From Flocculibacter collagenilyticus (GTDB taxonomy: Bacteria; Pseudomonadota; Gammaproteobacteria; Enterobacterales; Alteromonadaceae), in NCBI RefSeq assembly GCF_016469335.1, contig NZ_CP059888.1:3235899-3299898 (forward strand): a DNA stretch of 64,000 nucleotides, read 5' to 3'. Below are positions 22,109 to 31,106 of the stretch, one piece after another (position 1 is the first letter of the stretch; the number at the start of each line of letters is the position of its first letter). Position numbers and translations under genes: made by a program. The notes beneath the pieces were generated by a model. The model saw nothing but the letters and a program-made list of their open reading frames with translations, searched no databases and had not been told where the DNA came from.

Positions 22109-23439
22109 ATATGATAAAAGCTGACGCATACAGGCTAGACATAAAATACGCTGATCAAGTGATCGGAAATTTATCTTTAGATAGTACGACCAACTTATTA
22201 AAACTTAGTTATTCACCGCAGTGGCAAAACGAAGGTTTTGCTATCTCACCCCATTTATCACTGGATAATCAACACTCGCCAGAAGTCGCATATAACTTTC
22301 TGGATAATGCCTTACCTGAGGGTGAAGCGAGAAAGTTATTAGCTGAAAATCTGGGAGTCTCGGAGAAAAATGTTTATTCACAAGTCCGTGCCATTGGAAA
22401 TGACTTAGCCGGGGCTATGACATTTTTACCGTCATCAGAAGAAGATCAAAACCAGCCATCTTTTAGAATACTTGAAGAAGAAGAGTTAATTACAAGGCTC
22501 GACAATAAAGAACAGTTTGGCCTACTCACATGGGACGATAAGCCACGTCTCAGCGTGGCCGGAGTTCAAGATAAATTAAATGTCTTTATTAATGAACAAG
22601 GAAATATCGGCTTTGGTGATGGCTCTCTCTGCTCTACCCATATTTTAAAATTTGAAAAGAAAAACTGCCCTAACCTCGTCTTGAACGAATTCTTTTGTAT
22701 GAAGCTCTCTAGTGCGATTGGATTGCCAACTGCTGATGTTGAGTATAGACAATTTGGACCACATCCATCGCTCATCGTAAAACGATTTGATCGCAAATAT
22801 GTTGCCGACTCCAACAAAGTAATGAGACGCCATGTTATCGATGGCTGCCAAGCGTTGAATTTACCAAGGGACTATAAATACGAGAGAAACTTAGGTGACG
22901 GAAGAGATGTTCAACATATTAGAGATGGAGCTAGCTTAGTAAAGCTATTTGAATTCACTGAACATATGTCTTCGCCAATTGAAAGTAAGCAATGGCTTAT
23001 AAACTGGCAACTCTTTAATTTAATGATCAGCAATTATGACAGCCACGGCAAAAACGTTTCACTATTCTTTGATAGAATTAACGCACGATTCACTCCCGCC
23101 TATGATTTAGTAAACATCGCCATGTTCCCTCAATTTAAGCATGTACTAGCGATGGCTATGGGAGATGAGTTTGAACCCAATGATATTCACGCTTATCAAC
23201 TAGCTGATTTCGCAGAAACCTGTGGCATAGATAAAAAACTATTATCTAGGTTGTTAACTGACATGGCAAATATAGTGATAAAACAACTTTCAACAGGAGC
23301 CTTGATTGAAAGTTTGAAAACTCAATCTCGCTTTTCTGATGCCGATGTTGGTCATTTTAAGCAACTGAATGACAACATATTAACAAGAACTGAGCACTTA
23401 AAAGCTCAAGCAGTTGAATTACCTTATATAGAAATATAG
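22099..23439 (+). CDS. hipA: HipA-family Ser/Thr kinase toxin
   Basis: 446 aa; RLSVAGVQDK (compare E. coli RISVAGAQEK) and catalytic NYDSHGKNVSLFF (compare DGHAKNFS). Confidence 0.85.
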   Translation: MGLDMIKADAYRLDIKYADQVIGNLSLDSTTNLLKLSYSPQWQNEGFAISPHLSLDNQHSPEVAYNFLDNALPEGEARKLLAENLGVSEKNVYSQVRAIGNDLAGAMTFLPSSEEDQNQPSFRILEEEELITRLDNKEQFGLLTWDDKPRLSVAGVQDKLNVFINEQGNIGFGDGSLCSTHILKFEKKNCPNLVLNEFFCMKLSSAIGLPTADVEYRQFGPHPSLIVKRFDRKYVADSNKVMRRHVIDGCQALNLPRDYKYERNLGDGRDVQHIRDGASLVKLFEFTEHMSSPIESKQWLINWQLFNLMISNYDSHGKNVSLFFDRINARFTPAYDLVNIAMFPQFKHVLAMAMGDEFEPNDIHAYQLADFAETCGIDKKLLSRLLTDMANIVIKQLSTGALIESLKTQSRFSDADVGHFKQLNDNILTRTEHLKAQAVELPYIEI

Positions 23440-23466
23440 ATACAAAATTAATTAATCATTTCACTT

Positions 23467-23731
23467 AGGGCGTGTTGACCTTTCGAGGTCGAATTTTGTT
23501 CAATCTAAACGTTTTTTGATCGCGGCGTGACAAGTGTAGCTTGGTTATTCCAAGTGAGCGCGTCACAACAAAGAGCAAGAAACGTTTAGATGAACCCAAA
23601 GGCAGCGCTTGTTTGTCATTTATACTGCGTTATCGCATGTGCGTGTGGAATAACCACACTTTACATGCTCTGCCTTGTCTTAATGACAAACAAACTGCTG
23701 CAAAAGTGAACTCGAAAGGTCAACACACCCT
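23467..23731. repeat. nested inverted-repeat element (MITE-like or structured RNA); 21-bp terminal inverted repeats with 20/21 match
   Basis: agggcgtgttgacctttcgag (23467-23487) vs ctcgaaaggtcaacacaccct (23711-23731); inner IRs ttgtttgtcatt / aatgacaaacaa and gtgtgg-aataa-ccacac. Confidence 0.5.
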
Positions 23732-23859
23732 AATTAAATCGGTTTTTACGGTTTACTCAGTCCACACTGTGGAATCTGTTCTTGGCGATTTAATGGAATG
23801 AAATTACTTCTTGATAAAGTATAAAGACAAATAAATATTGAATATAGATAAGATATTGA

Positions 23860-24420
23860 TTGTCTATAGGTCATAGTTTACACAATATTAGCTGGTTTAA
23901 GAATTTAGCTACTTTCACTCTACGAAAGAGTGAACTTTTGACAGACTTTGAAAATTACATTAACAGTAATGTAGCTTTTACCGACAAACGTCTTTTTGAT
24001 TTATTTCTGCTTATCAATGAGCAAGCAGACGTAATTTATAAGAAGCTGGGGATTGATTTTCCGGTTTCATGTTCGCCGACCGTGTTATCTCTGTCAGTAA
24101 AGGAAAATAGTACAGTAACTGACATCGCCAAAGCGTTGGGGTTATCCCACCAGCTCATTGCTCAGCGCCTAAAGAGTTTGTTGAAGCTTAAGCTAATTGA
24201 AAAGCAACCTTCGAATCAGGATAAACGAAAAATACTATACCGTCTTTCACAAAAAGGACTAGAGCAAGCATTAAAGCTCGATAAATATTGTGAGGGTGCG
24301 GAAAAAGCGTTCATTGATTTATTAAAAGAAGTCGGCGTTGACTTGCAGGGAACCGTCAATACAACCATTTCCGCGTTAAAGCATATACCTTTTCATGAGC
24401 GCTACGAACACGATGAATAG
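23860..24420 (+). CDS. MarR-type winged-helix transcriptional regulator
   Basis: TVTDIAKALGLSHQLIAQRLKSL...DKRKILYRLSQKG recognition-helix/wing pattern. Confidence 0.55.
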   Translation: MSIGHSLHNISWFKNLATFTLRKSELLTDFENYINSNVAFTDKRLFDLFLLINEQADVIYKKLGIDFPVSCSPTVLSLSVKENSTVTDIAKALGLSHQLIAQRLKSLLKLKLIEKQPSNQDKRKILYRLSQKGLEQALKLDKYCEGAEKAFIDLLKEVGVDLQGTVNTTISALKHIPFHERYEHDE

Positions 24421-24583
24421 TCGCCGTTGTAATAGGTCAAGATTTCCACGAGCTCTTGAAATTAAGGTTATTCGATAAGCTCAATATGAATGTAACAGGC
24501 TTTCAACCTGAAAATGGAACGCCTACAAATTTAACGACAGGCTTCATGCGCATCGGTAAAATTATCCTGCAATGCTCGCGTCA

Positions 24584-25246
24584 TTATATCCGCCTTGCTT
24601 GCAATACCAGTGTTTGCCACGACAAGTGCTCTCTTCCCAATTTATCTGGCTTAAACGGCGTCTCATGTATGCAATTTAGGCCCATACTATTTGCTAACTT
24701 TTTAAGCTCGTTAGCGCATACGGTATGCATGCCGCGTTTAGTTAAGTCTTCTTCTGTTTGGCCGTGACGTAGTGAAATTACTAATATGCCACCATCGTTA
24801 AGAAGGTGAGAAAGTGTATTAATTGCATGTAAACGCTCTTCGGGCGGAAGGTGCATCCATACTGCGCTAAGCAAAATCAAGTCAAACTTTGTATCCAACT
24901 CAGATATTTTATTAAGTGTTGGCAAAGCGTCGTTTAGCCATGTAACGCTTAAATTTTTTGTCTTTTTTTGGCCTATGTCTAATAATTTTTGCGCTGGTTC
25001 TACAGCTAATATTTGAACATTATTATTAACACTGTGTGTTTTAGCTGCTAGCTTGGCCAAAAATTTTGAATCTCGACCTGCGCCTGCGCCAATATCAAGA
25101 ATGTGGGCATCAGGCTTTTCTAGGATGACGGCTAAGAATTGAAACCAGTCTTGGTGTACTTCTTCAAAAGACAGGGCAAGGTATTGCTCTGCTAATGTAC
25201 TGGCATTGCTATTATAAAAATGATTATTATAAAAGCTGATTGTCAT
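24584..25246 (-). CDS. class I SAM-dependent methyltransferase
   Basis: Motif I ILDIGAGAGRDSKFLA; 220 aa. Confidence 0.65.
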   Translation of the reverse strand: MTISFYNNHFYNSNASTLAEQYLALSFEEVHQDWFQFLAVILEKPDAHILDIGAGAGRDSKFLAKLAAKTHSVNNNVQILAVEPAQKLLDIGQKKTKNLSVTWLNDALPTLNKISELDTKFDLILLSAVWMHLPPEERLHAINTLSHLLNDGGILVISLRHGQTEEDLTKRGMHTVCANELKKLANSMGLNCIHETPFKPDKLGREHLSWQTLVLQARRI

Positions 25247-25343
25247 GTTTTTCCTAAAAGTACGATGCTAAGCTGCTGAACACTTTACTCTAATTTACTT
25301 TAAAAGACTTTATTTATGGCAAGCTTATTTAGAAGGAATAAAC

Positions 25344-26603
25344 ATGGCAGATTGCTTTACAGGTTCTGATTTAATGCCGTTCAATCAAGCATTAACAAAG
25401 TTATTAAATGCTGTTCCTAGAATAACGGATACCGAATTAATTACCGTTGAAGAAGCAGATAAGCGGGTATTATCAGATGCAATTTACTCGCCCATTAATG
25501 TACCTGCTTTTAATAATGCAAGTATGGACGGGTACGCACTTCGCGATGACCACTTACATTCTAACGAACGGCAATTGACTGATTTTAAGCTAGCAGGCGT
25601 GGCTTTAGCGGGTCAACCATTTACAGGCGAATTAAAGCACGGAGAGTGTATTCGTATTATGACTGGCGCCGTAGTACCAGAAACGGCAAATACCGTAGTA
25701 ATGCAAGAAAACGTAGCCAACATAAGTAATACGATTGGCTCAACCATTACGCTTACTCACGCCGCTAAGCTAAATAATAACATTCGCTTTGCAGGGGAAA
25801 ATATTAAACGTAATCAGGTGGTGTTTGAACAAGGCCACCAATTAAAAGCGGTTGATATTGGTTTATTGGCTTCATTGGGTTTAGCCCACGTAACGGTTTA
25901 TCGAAAAGTGAAAGTTGCTGTATTTTCTACTGGTGACGAGTTAAGGCTAGCTGGCGAACCACTACAACAAGGTGATATTTACGAAAGTAATAGCCAAGTG
26001 ATTATGGCAATGCTAACCCGTATGGGAGCTGACGTAATCCCTATGGGAATAATTGCCGACGATAAAACAGCGATTAAAAACGCCTTTTTAACCGCAAATG
26101 AACAAGCCGACGTAGTAATCAGTTCGGGTGGTGTGTCAGTTGGCGATGCTGATTACATTAAAGACGTGTTAAGCGAGTTAGGCAATATTAACTTTTGGAA
26201 AGTCGCCATGAAACCGGGCAACCCCTTTGCATTTGGCGAACTACCAAATAGTGTATTTTTTGGTTTACCGGGCAATCCTGTGTCTGCGGCGGTTACCTTG
26301 CATCAACTTGCTATTCCAGCCATTCACGCCATGTCGGGCACTGCTCAACCAGTAAAAATAACGATCAGCGCCATTACGTTAGATAAAATTAAAAAAAGAC
26401 CAGGCAGGATGGACTTTCAGCGCGGTATTGCGTCGGTAAATAGCCAAGGTCAGCTACAAGTTACGCCGCTCGCAGGACAAGGTTCGGGAATATTATCATC
26501 ACTGTCATACGCCAACTGTTACATTGTGTTAGCACAAGAAAATGCAGGACATGAAAAAGGCGATGTAGTACAGGTTCAATTATTTGATCATATTATCGGT
26601 TAA
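25344..26603 (+). CDS. moeA: molybdopterin molybdenumtransferase
   Basis: 419 aa; collinear with MoeA; GGVSVGDADY motif. Confidence 0.9.
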   Translation: MADCFTGSDLMPFNQALTKLLNAVPRITDTELITVEEADKRVLSDAIYSPINVPAFNNASMDGYALRDDHLHSNERQLTDFKLAGVALAGQPFTGELKHGECIRIMTGAVVPETANTVVMQENVANISNTIGSTITLTHAAKLNNNIRFAGENIKRNQVVFEQGHQLKAVDIGLLASLGLAHVTVYRKVKVAVFSTGDELRLAGEPLQQGDIYESNSQVIMAMLTRMGADVIPMGIIADDKTAIKNAFLTANEQADVVISSGGVSVGDADYIKDVLSELGNINFWKVAMKPGNPFAFGELPNSVFFGLPGNPVSAAVTLHQLAIPAIHAMSGTAQPVKITISAITLDKIKKRPGRMDFQRGIASVNSQGQLQVTPLAGQGSGILSSLSYANCYIVLAQENAGHEKGDVVQVQLFDHIIG

Positions 26604-26630
26604 ACATTGCAGGGTCGGAAACAAGCGGAA

Positions 26631-27077
26631 TTATTCCCACTTTAATTCAGCTTGTTTGTCTTTAGCTTCTGCGTCTACCCAGCGCTCGCCATGGCTGGTT
26701 AATTCTTTTTTCCAAAATGGCGCCCTATTTTTAAGGTAGTCCATAATAAATTGATTTGCTTCAAACGCTGACTCACGATGCTGGCTCGTCACACCCACAA
26801 ATACTATTTGTTCACCTAGTGCTAATTCGCCAAAACGATGAATTACCTTTACTTTACCCAACGACCACTTTTTTTTAGCGGTTAATACAATTTCAGATAA
26901 CGCTTTTTCTGTCATTGCGGGGTAATGCTCTATCAGCAAGCTTTCTACTCTATTTCCTTGATTAAAATCTCTTACCAAGCCAACAAAACACACTACCGCG
27001 CCGTCAGTTGTATTGTTTTGCATTAGCTTGTGATATTCGTCAGAAAAATTAAAGTCTTGCTGCTGTACTGAAATCAT
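26631..27077 (-). CDS. moaE: molybdopterin synthase catalytic subunit
   Basis: HYPAMTEKALSEIV...VFVGVTSQHRESAFEANQFIMDYLKNRAPFWKKE is almost identical in pattern to E. coli MoaE. Confidence 0.9.
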   Translation of the reverse strand: MISVQQQDFNFSDEYHKLMQNNTTDGAVVCFVGLVRDFNQGNRVESLLIEHYPAMTEKALSEIVLTAKKKWSLGKVKVIHRFGELALGEQIVFVGVTSQHRESAFEANQFIMDYLKNRAPFWKKELTSHGERWVDAEAKDKQAELKWE

Positions 27078-27126
27078 ATTTACCTATTCCTTCTCAGCGC
27101 TTGCTGCTAAATACCAACTCTTTAAA

Positions 27127-27606
27127 TTACACAGAATGACGCCAGTGGCCTGTTTTTCCACCGGTTTTTTCAATTACGCGGATGCCATGAATGCACATTT
27201 CTGGATCAGAAGCTTTACACATGTCAAATAAGGTAAGTAGTGCAACGCTTACTGCGGTAAGGGCTTCCATTTCTACCCCAGTTTTGCCTGCTAACTTACA
27301 TAGTGCTTGTACTCTTATTTGCTGAGCATTTGGCTGAACATCAAAGTCCACATCCACTTTAGACAATGCTAAGGGATGGCACAACGGTATTAAGTCGGCA
27401 CATTTTTTTGCCGCTTGAATACCAGCAATTTTCGCAGTGGTGATCACATCACCTTTCTTATTTTTATGGTTAATCACTTCTTCAATGGTTGCGGGCGACA
27501 TTGAAATATAACCTTCTGCGATTGCGGTTCTAATTGTCACTGCTTTGTCTGTTACATCGACCATATTGGCTGCGCCAGATTGATCAACGTGCGTTAATGT
27601 TGTCAT
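27127..27606 (-). CDS. moaC: cyclic pyranopterin monophosphate synthase accessory protein
   Basis: 159 aa; MoaC pattern (MVDV..K..T.R.A.A). Confidence 0.9.
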   Translation of the reverse strand: MTTLTHVDQSGAANMVDVTDKAVTIRTAIAEGYISMSPATIEEVINHKNKKGDVITTAKIAGIQAAKKCADLIPLCHPLALSKVDVDFDVQPNAQQIRVQALCKLAGKTGVEMEALTAVSVALLTLFDMCKASDPEMCIHGIRVIEKTGGKTGHWRHSV

Positions 27607-27618
27607 TAAATTAACCTT

Positions 27619-28149
27619 TTATGCCTCGTTACTGGTGTCTATTTTTAAGTGGGGAACAAAGTTACAAGGACGATGAGACGAGTCAATTTGCGATTCAATA
27701 ATGGACCATGCCGTTTTACAGGCACCTGTAGAACCAGGCATACAAAAAATAATCGTGCCATTGGCTAATCCTGCAAGCGCTCTTGACTGAACGGTAGACG
27801 CACCAATTTCAGTGTAAGAAATATGCCTAAATAATTCGCCAAAGCCGTCTACTTTTCTATCTAACAACGGAGTGATGGCTTCAGGCGTAATATCGCGCTG
27901 AGTAAACCCCGTTCCGCCTGTGATCAAAACAGCATGTATATTTTTAGAGGCAATCCAATTAGATACCACCGCGCGCATTTGATAAAGATCATCTTTTATA
28001 ATCAGCTTTTCAGCCAAGACGTGGCCTGCCTGCTCAACCGCTTTCACTAAAAATGCCCCCGATGTGTCAGTTGCTTCATCCCGCGTGTCTGACACTGTTA
28101 AAACCGCTACGTGTAACGAGGTAAACGATTGCGTGTGGGTGTGCGCCAT
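27619..28149 (-). CDS. moaB: molybdenum cofactor biosynthesis protein B (MogA/MoaB family)
   Basis: 176 aa; VLITGGTGFTQRD motif. Confidence 0.85.
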   Translation of the reverse strand: MAHTHTQSFTSLHVAVLTVSDTRDEATDTSGAFLVKAVEQAGHVLAEKLIIKDDLYQMRAVVSNWIASKNIHAVLITGGTGFTQRDITPEAITPLLDRKVDGFGELFRHISYTEIGASTVQSRALAGLANGTIIFCMPGSTGACKTAWSIIESQIDSSHRPCNFVPHLKIDTSNEA

Positions 28150-28361
28150 AATACCTACCTACTGTTTAGTTAATATCGTATTTTCAAATCAATTTATTTT
28201 TATTATTCAAGATAATAAAGTGCTTAGCGCTAACCTGCTAGTCTTTCGTACTTAATTAGCGTTTTTAAGCAAACAAACACTTAGTTAGAAAAAAGATTCG
28301 AAAATAATTACTGTTAGCGGATGATGGCGTATTAAGATAACTTTACGAATCGCATTCTTAT

Positions 28362-29150
28362 GTGAGTAACTGGTTAACCCAAATGACAACAGCAAAAGCA
28401 GAAAAAAAAGCACTAACCGATGCCCAATTAATGCGCTATAGCCGCCACATTATGATGCCAAGTATCGATATTGATGGCCAAGAGGCGTTATGGAATAGCA
28501 ATATATTAATTATTGGTATGGGTGGCCTAGGCTGTGCAGCTGCACAATATCTTGCCGCTTCAGGTGTCGGCAAACTAACGTTAGTTGATGACGATGAAGT
28601 TGAGCATAGCAATTTACAACGACAAGTTTTACACGTTGAGCAGAGTGTCGGCTTAAGTAAAACCGAGTCGGCAAAATTAACGCTGGCTACAATTAACAGC
28701 GAGGTTTCTATTCACTGCATCAACAAACGCTTAAACGATACAGAGCTTGAAAAAGCCATTAAAGCACACACACTGGTGTTAGACTGCACCGATAATCTCA
28801 CCTCTCGTAACCAAATCAACCGCCTTTGCCATCAAACAAACGTGCCGTTAGTTTCAGGTGCCGCCATTCGTATGGAAGGGCAAGTAGCCACCTTTACCAT
28901 GCAACATAATCACCCCTGCTACCACTGCTTAAGCCATCTGTTTGGCGAACAAACGCTTACTTGTTCAGAAGCTGGCATACTGTCTCCGGTTGTTGGCTTG
29001 GTTGGCTGCATACAAGCGACTGAAGCGATTAAGTTCATTACACAGATCGGCGATACACTCAGCGGTAAAATACTTGTGATCGATGCCGCAACAATGCAAT
29101 TTAATCAATTTGCCATTACAAAGCATCCTGCTTGCAATGTTTGCAGCTAA
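28362..29150 (+). CDS. moeB: molybdopterin-synthase adenylyltransferase (ThiF/MoeB family)
   Basis: LIIGMGGLGCAAAQYLAASGVGKLTLVDDDEVEHSNLQRQ; C-terminal CxxC...CxxC. Track start is GTG 28362; first ATG is at 28383. Confidence 0.85.
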   Translation: MSNWLTQMTTAKAEKKALTDAQLMRYSRHIMMPSIDIDGQEALWNSNILIIGMGGLGCAAAQYLAASGVGKLTLVDDDEVEHSNLQRQVLHVEQSVGLSKTESAKLTLATINSEVSIHCINKRLNDTELEKAIKAHTLVLDCTDNLTSRNQINRLCHQTNVPLVSGAAIRMEGQVATFTMQHNHPCYHCLSHLFGEQTLTCSEAGILSPVVGLVGCIQATEAIKFITQIGDTLSGKILVIDAATMQFNQFAITKHPACNVCS

Positions 29151-29179
29151 ACCGGCGTGTTAGACATGAAAGACGAGTA

Positions 29180-30784
29180 TTAGGAAGATAAATCACGCCA
29201 TTTAAGCCCAAATTTACCTAAGTATTTCTGTAGTCTGCTTGAGTCATTAGGTTGCGACTTCATCGTTCTACTCACATTGAATAGCTCCCTGCCCGCCGAT
29301 GCCATACTGTTATGGTGTTCACATACCCCGAGTACAAAACTAAGCTGGTTCGCGTCAAAGTGATCTAACTGAGCAATCGCTTCTGGCGATAGGTAGTTAG
29401 CTAAGCTCGTTGCTGTTGATGGCTGCTCTGTGTCAAACCAAGCTACATTCAGCCGCTCAATTTCATCTGTTACATCAACCGCTGTAATTCTAGAAGAGTC
29501 AGCCAGGGTGCAAAGGCGCGTAATGGCTGAACTTAAATCACGAAAATTACTGGTCCATAACGCCTTATTAGACGTTGCAAAATCTACAAAGGCTAGCTTT
29601 GCTTCTTTGTTAAATTGCACTCGCTGCCCTGTGATTTGGGCATAACGATCCAGCTCATAATCAATGTTGGCAGGAATATCTTCTTTTCTGTCTTTTAGTG
29701 CTGGTAAGTCATACGCCCATAAATTTATTCTGGCGAGTAAGTCTTCCCGAAAGGCGCCCTTCTTAACTTCTTGTTTTAAATTACGATTCGTACCTGCAAT
29801 TAACTGAAAATTGCTCTTTACTGGTGTATCACTGCCAACGGGATGAAATGTTTTATTTTCAATAGCATGCAGAAGCATCGCTTGCTCTTCCAAACCTAGC
29901 TCACCAATTTCATCTAGAAATAACACGCCATTATTCGCGGTGAGTAAAAAGCCTTCTCGCGCACTTTGAGCGCCAGTAAAGGCACCTTTAGTGTGACCAA
30001 ATAATGCCGCCATCGCATTTTCGCCCTTTAACGTGGCGCAGTTTACCGACACCAAATCGCCTTTAAGCATTGCACGCTTTTTCTTAAGTTGAAAAATACG
30101 CGTAGCAAGTTGGCTTTTTCCAGCTCCTGTAGGCCCTGTTAGTAACATAGGATCATGAGAGCGAATAGCCACTTTTTCTATTTGAGTAATTAAACGATTA
30201 AACGCTACATTCTTGGTTTTAATCCCACCTTTTAAAAACGCTTTGCCTTCAAGATGCTCCCGATCAAACCGGGTGGCGAGCTGATCATATTTAGACAAAT
30301 CCAAATCAATAATTTGAATACGGCCAATTGACTTATTTTTACTATCTTTGTCGGGCGACGTTTGAATGAGTCGCCCCGGAAAATGGCGGCTTTCAGTGAG
30401 TAGATAACTACATATTTGAACAACATGAGTACCTGTGGTGATATGAAACAAATAATCATATTTATCTGTATCAAACGTTTGCTGCTGACACCAATCAAAT
30501 AGCTTGGCGTATACTTCCTCAAAATCCCATGGATCATTAAAGTTAACCAAATGAAGTACTACGTTAGTTTCAGGAGATACCGATTCAATATCTACGGCAA
30601 CATTGTTCGCAAGGCGGTTGCTGTGATTGTCATGCAGCATGTGAAGTTGATCGATAATTAAATCTTCCTGACTACATAAACTGACATTGGGCCGCCACCT
30701 CGCCCATCTATCCACTCTTTTCCCAACATAATCTAATTGTGTTCCAATTAAACTGACAGCAACCGTTTTCTTTTTCAAATTCAA
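29180..30784 (-). CDS. rtcR: sigma54-dependent transcriptional activator RtcR (CARF-like N-domain + AAA+ + HTH)
   Basis: 534 aa; collinear with E. coli RtcR (VAFGFVGT..LDY, PWDFEEVYA, LLTGPTGAGKS, GAFTGA sigma54-contact motif). Confidence 0.9.
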   Translation of the reverse strand: MNLKKKTVAVSLIGTQLDYVGKRVDRWARWRPNVSLCSQEDLIIDQLHMLHDNHSNRLANNVAVDIESVSPETNVVLHLVNFNDPWDFEEVYAKLFDWCQQQTFDTDKYDYLFHITTGTHVVQICSYLLTESRHFPGRLIQTSPDKDSKNKSIGRIQIIDLDLSKYDQLATRFDREHLEGKAFLKGGIKTKNVAFNRLITQIEKVAIRSHDPMLLTGPTGAGKSQLATRIFQLKKKRAMLKGDLVSVNCATLKGENAMAALFGHTKGAFTGAQSAREGFLLTANNGVLFLDEIGELGLEEQAMLLHAIENKTFHPVGSDTPVKSNFQLIAGTNRNLKQEVKKGAFREDLLARINLWAYDLPALKDRKEDIPANIDYELDRYAQITGQRVQFNKEAKLAFVDFATSNKALWTSNFRDLSSAITRLCTLADSSRITAVDVTDEIERLNVAWFDTEQPSTATSLANYLSPEAIAQLDHFDANQLSFVLGVCEHHNSMASAGRELFNVSRTMKSQPNDSSRLQKYLGKFGLKWRDLSS

Positions 30785-30929
30785 TATCCAAATAGATACA
30801 TTTAATATCCAAAATAATATATACGTTAGTTACACATTACAACACGGCCTGCACTAAAAACAGCACAAATAAAAATATAAATCAATAAAACAATTAGTTA
30901 TGAATTATTTTTAACTACTTAAACACCTT

Positions 30930-30945
30930 TGGCACGTGACTTGTA
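30930..30945 (+). promoter_or_regulatory. candidate sigma54 (-24/-12) promoter: TGGCAC-N5-TTGT
   Basis: tttGGcacgtgacTTGTa; -24 GG is perfect, -12 is TTGT instead of TTGC. Divergent from rtcR, about 90 bp upstream of the tRNA-like element. Confidence 0.4.
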
Positions 30946-31034
30946 ATTACATAGGTACTTGATTATTTAGCTGTGATTAAAATATCACGCTGGTGCACTA
31001 AGCAATGCGAATGTGTATGCCTAATCAAGTAACC

Positions 31035-31106
31035 ATTTAAGTAGCTCAATTGGCAGAGCATCGAACTTTCATTCGATTGTTGTGGGTTCAAGTCCCACCT
31101 TAATAA
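31035..31106 (+). ncRNA. tRNA-like element (tRNA mimic or pseudo-tRNA) in the rtc operon leader
   Basis: Hand fold: canonical D-arm (U8 A9 GCUC AAUUGGCA GAGC), canonical T-arm (GUGGG UUCAAGU CCCAC); 5-bp anticodon-like stem with a 6-nt loop (cuuuca); acceptor-like stem 5/7 paired; no CCA. Confidence 0.5.

Noticed and set aside
23515-23580. 66-bp insert as a MITE with terminal inverted repeats
   Set aside because: Flanking 7-8-bp direct repeat is present but the ends are not inverted repeats of each other; reported only as an indel with duplicated flank inside the larger IR element.
23541-23801. 86-aa ORF in track
   Set aside because: Lies wholly inside the nested inverted-repeat element, spans the inner IRs, and has no RBS; more likely non-coding.
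27078-27126. moaD between moaC and moaE
   Set aside because: Only a 49-bp gap and no ORF ending in Gly-Gly; not present at the expected position.
31035-31106. Calling the element a genuine tRNA gene (Lys/Glu-like, anticodon region cuuuca)
   Set aside because: Anticodon loop is 6 nt, not 7. Acceptor stem has two terminal mismatches. No encoded CCA or obvious RNase P / 3' processing context. Therefore reported as tRNA-like ncRNA or pseudo-tRNA instead.
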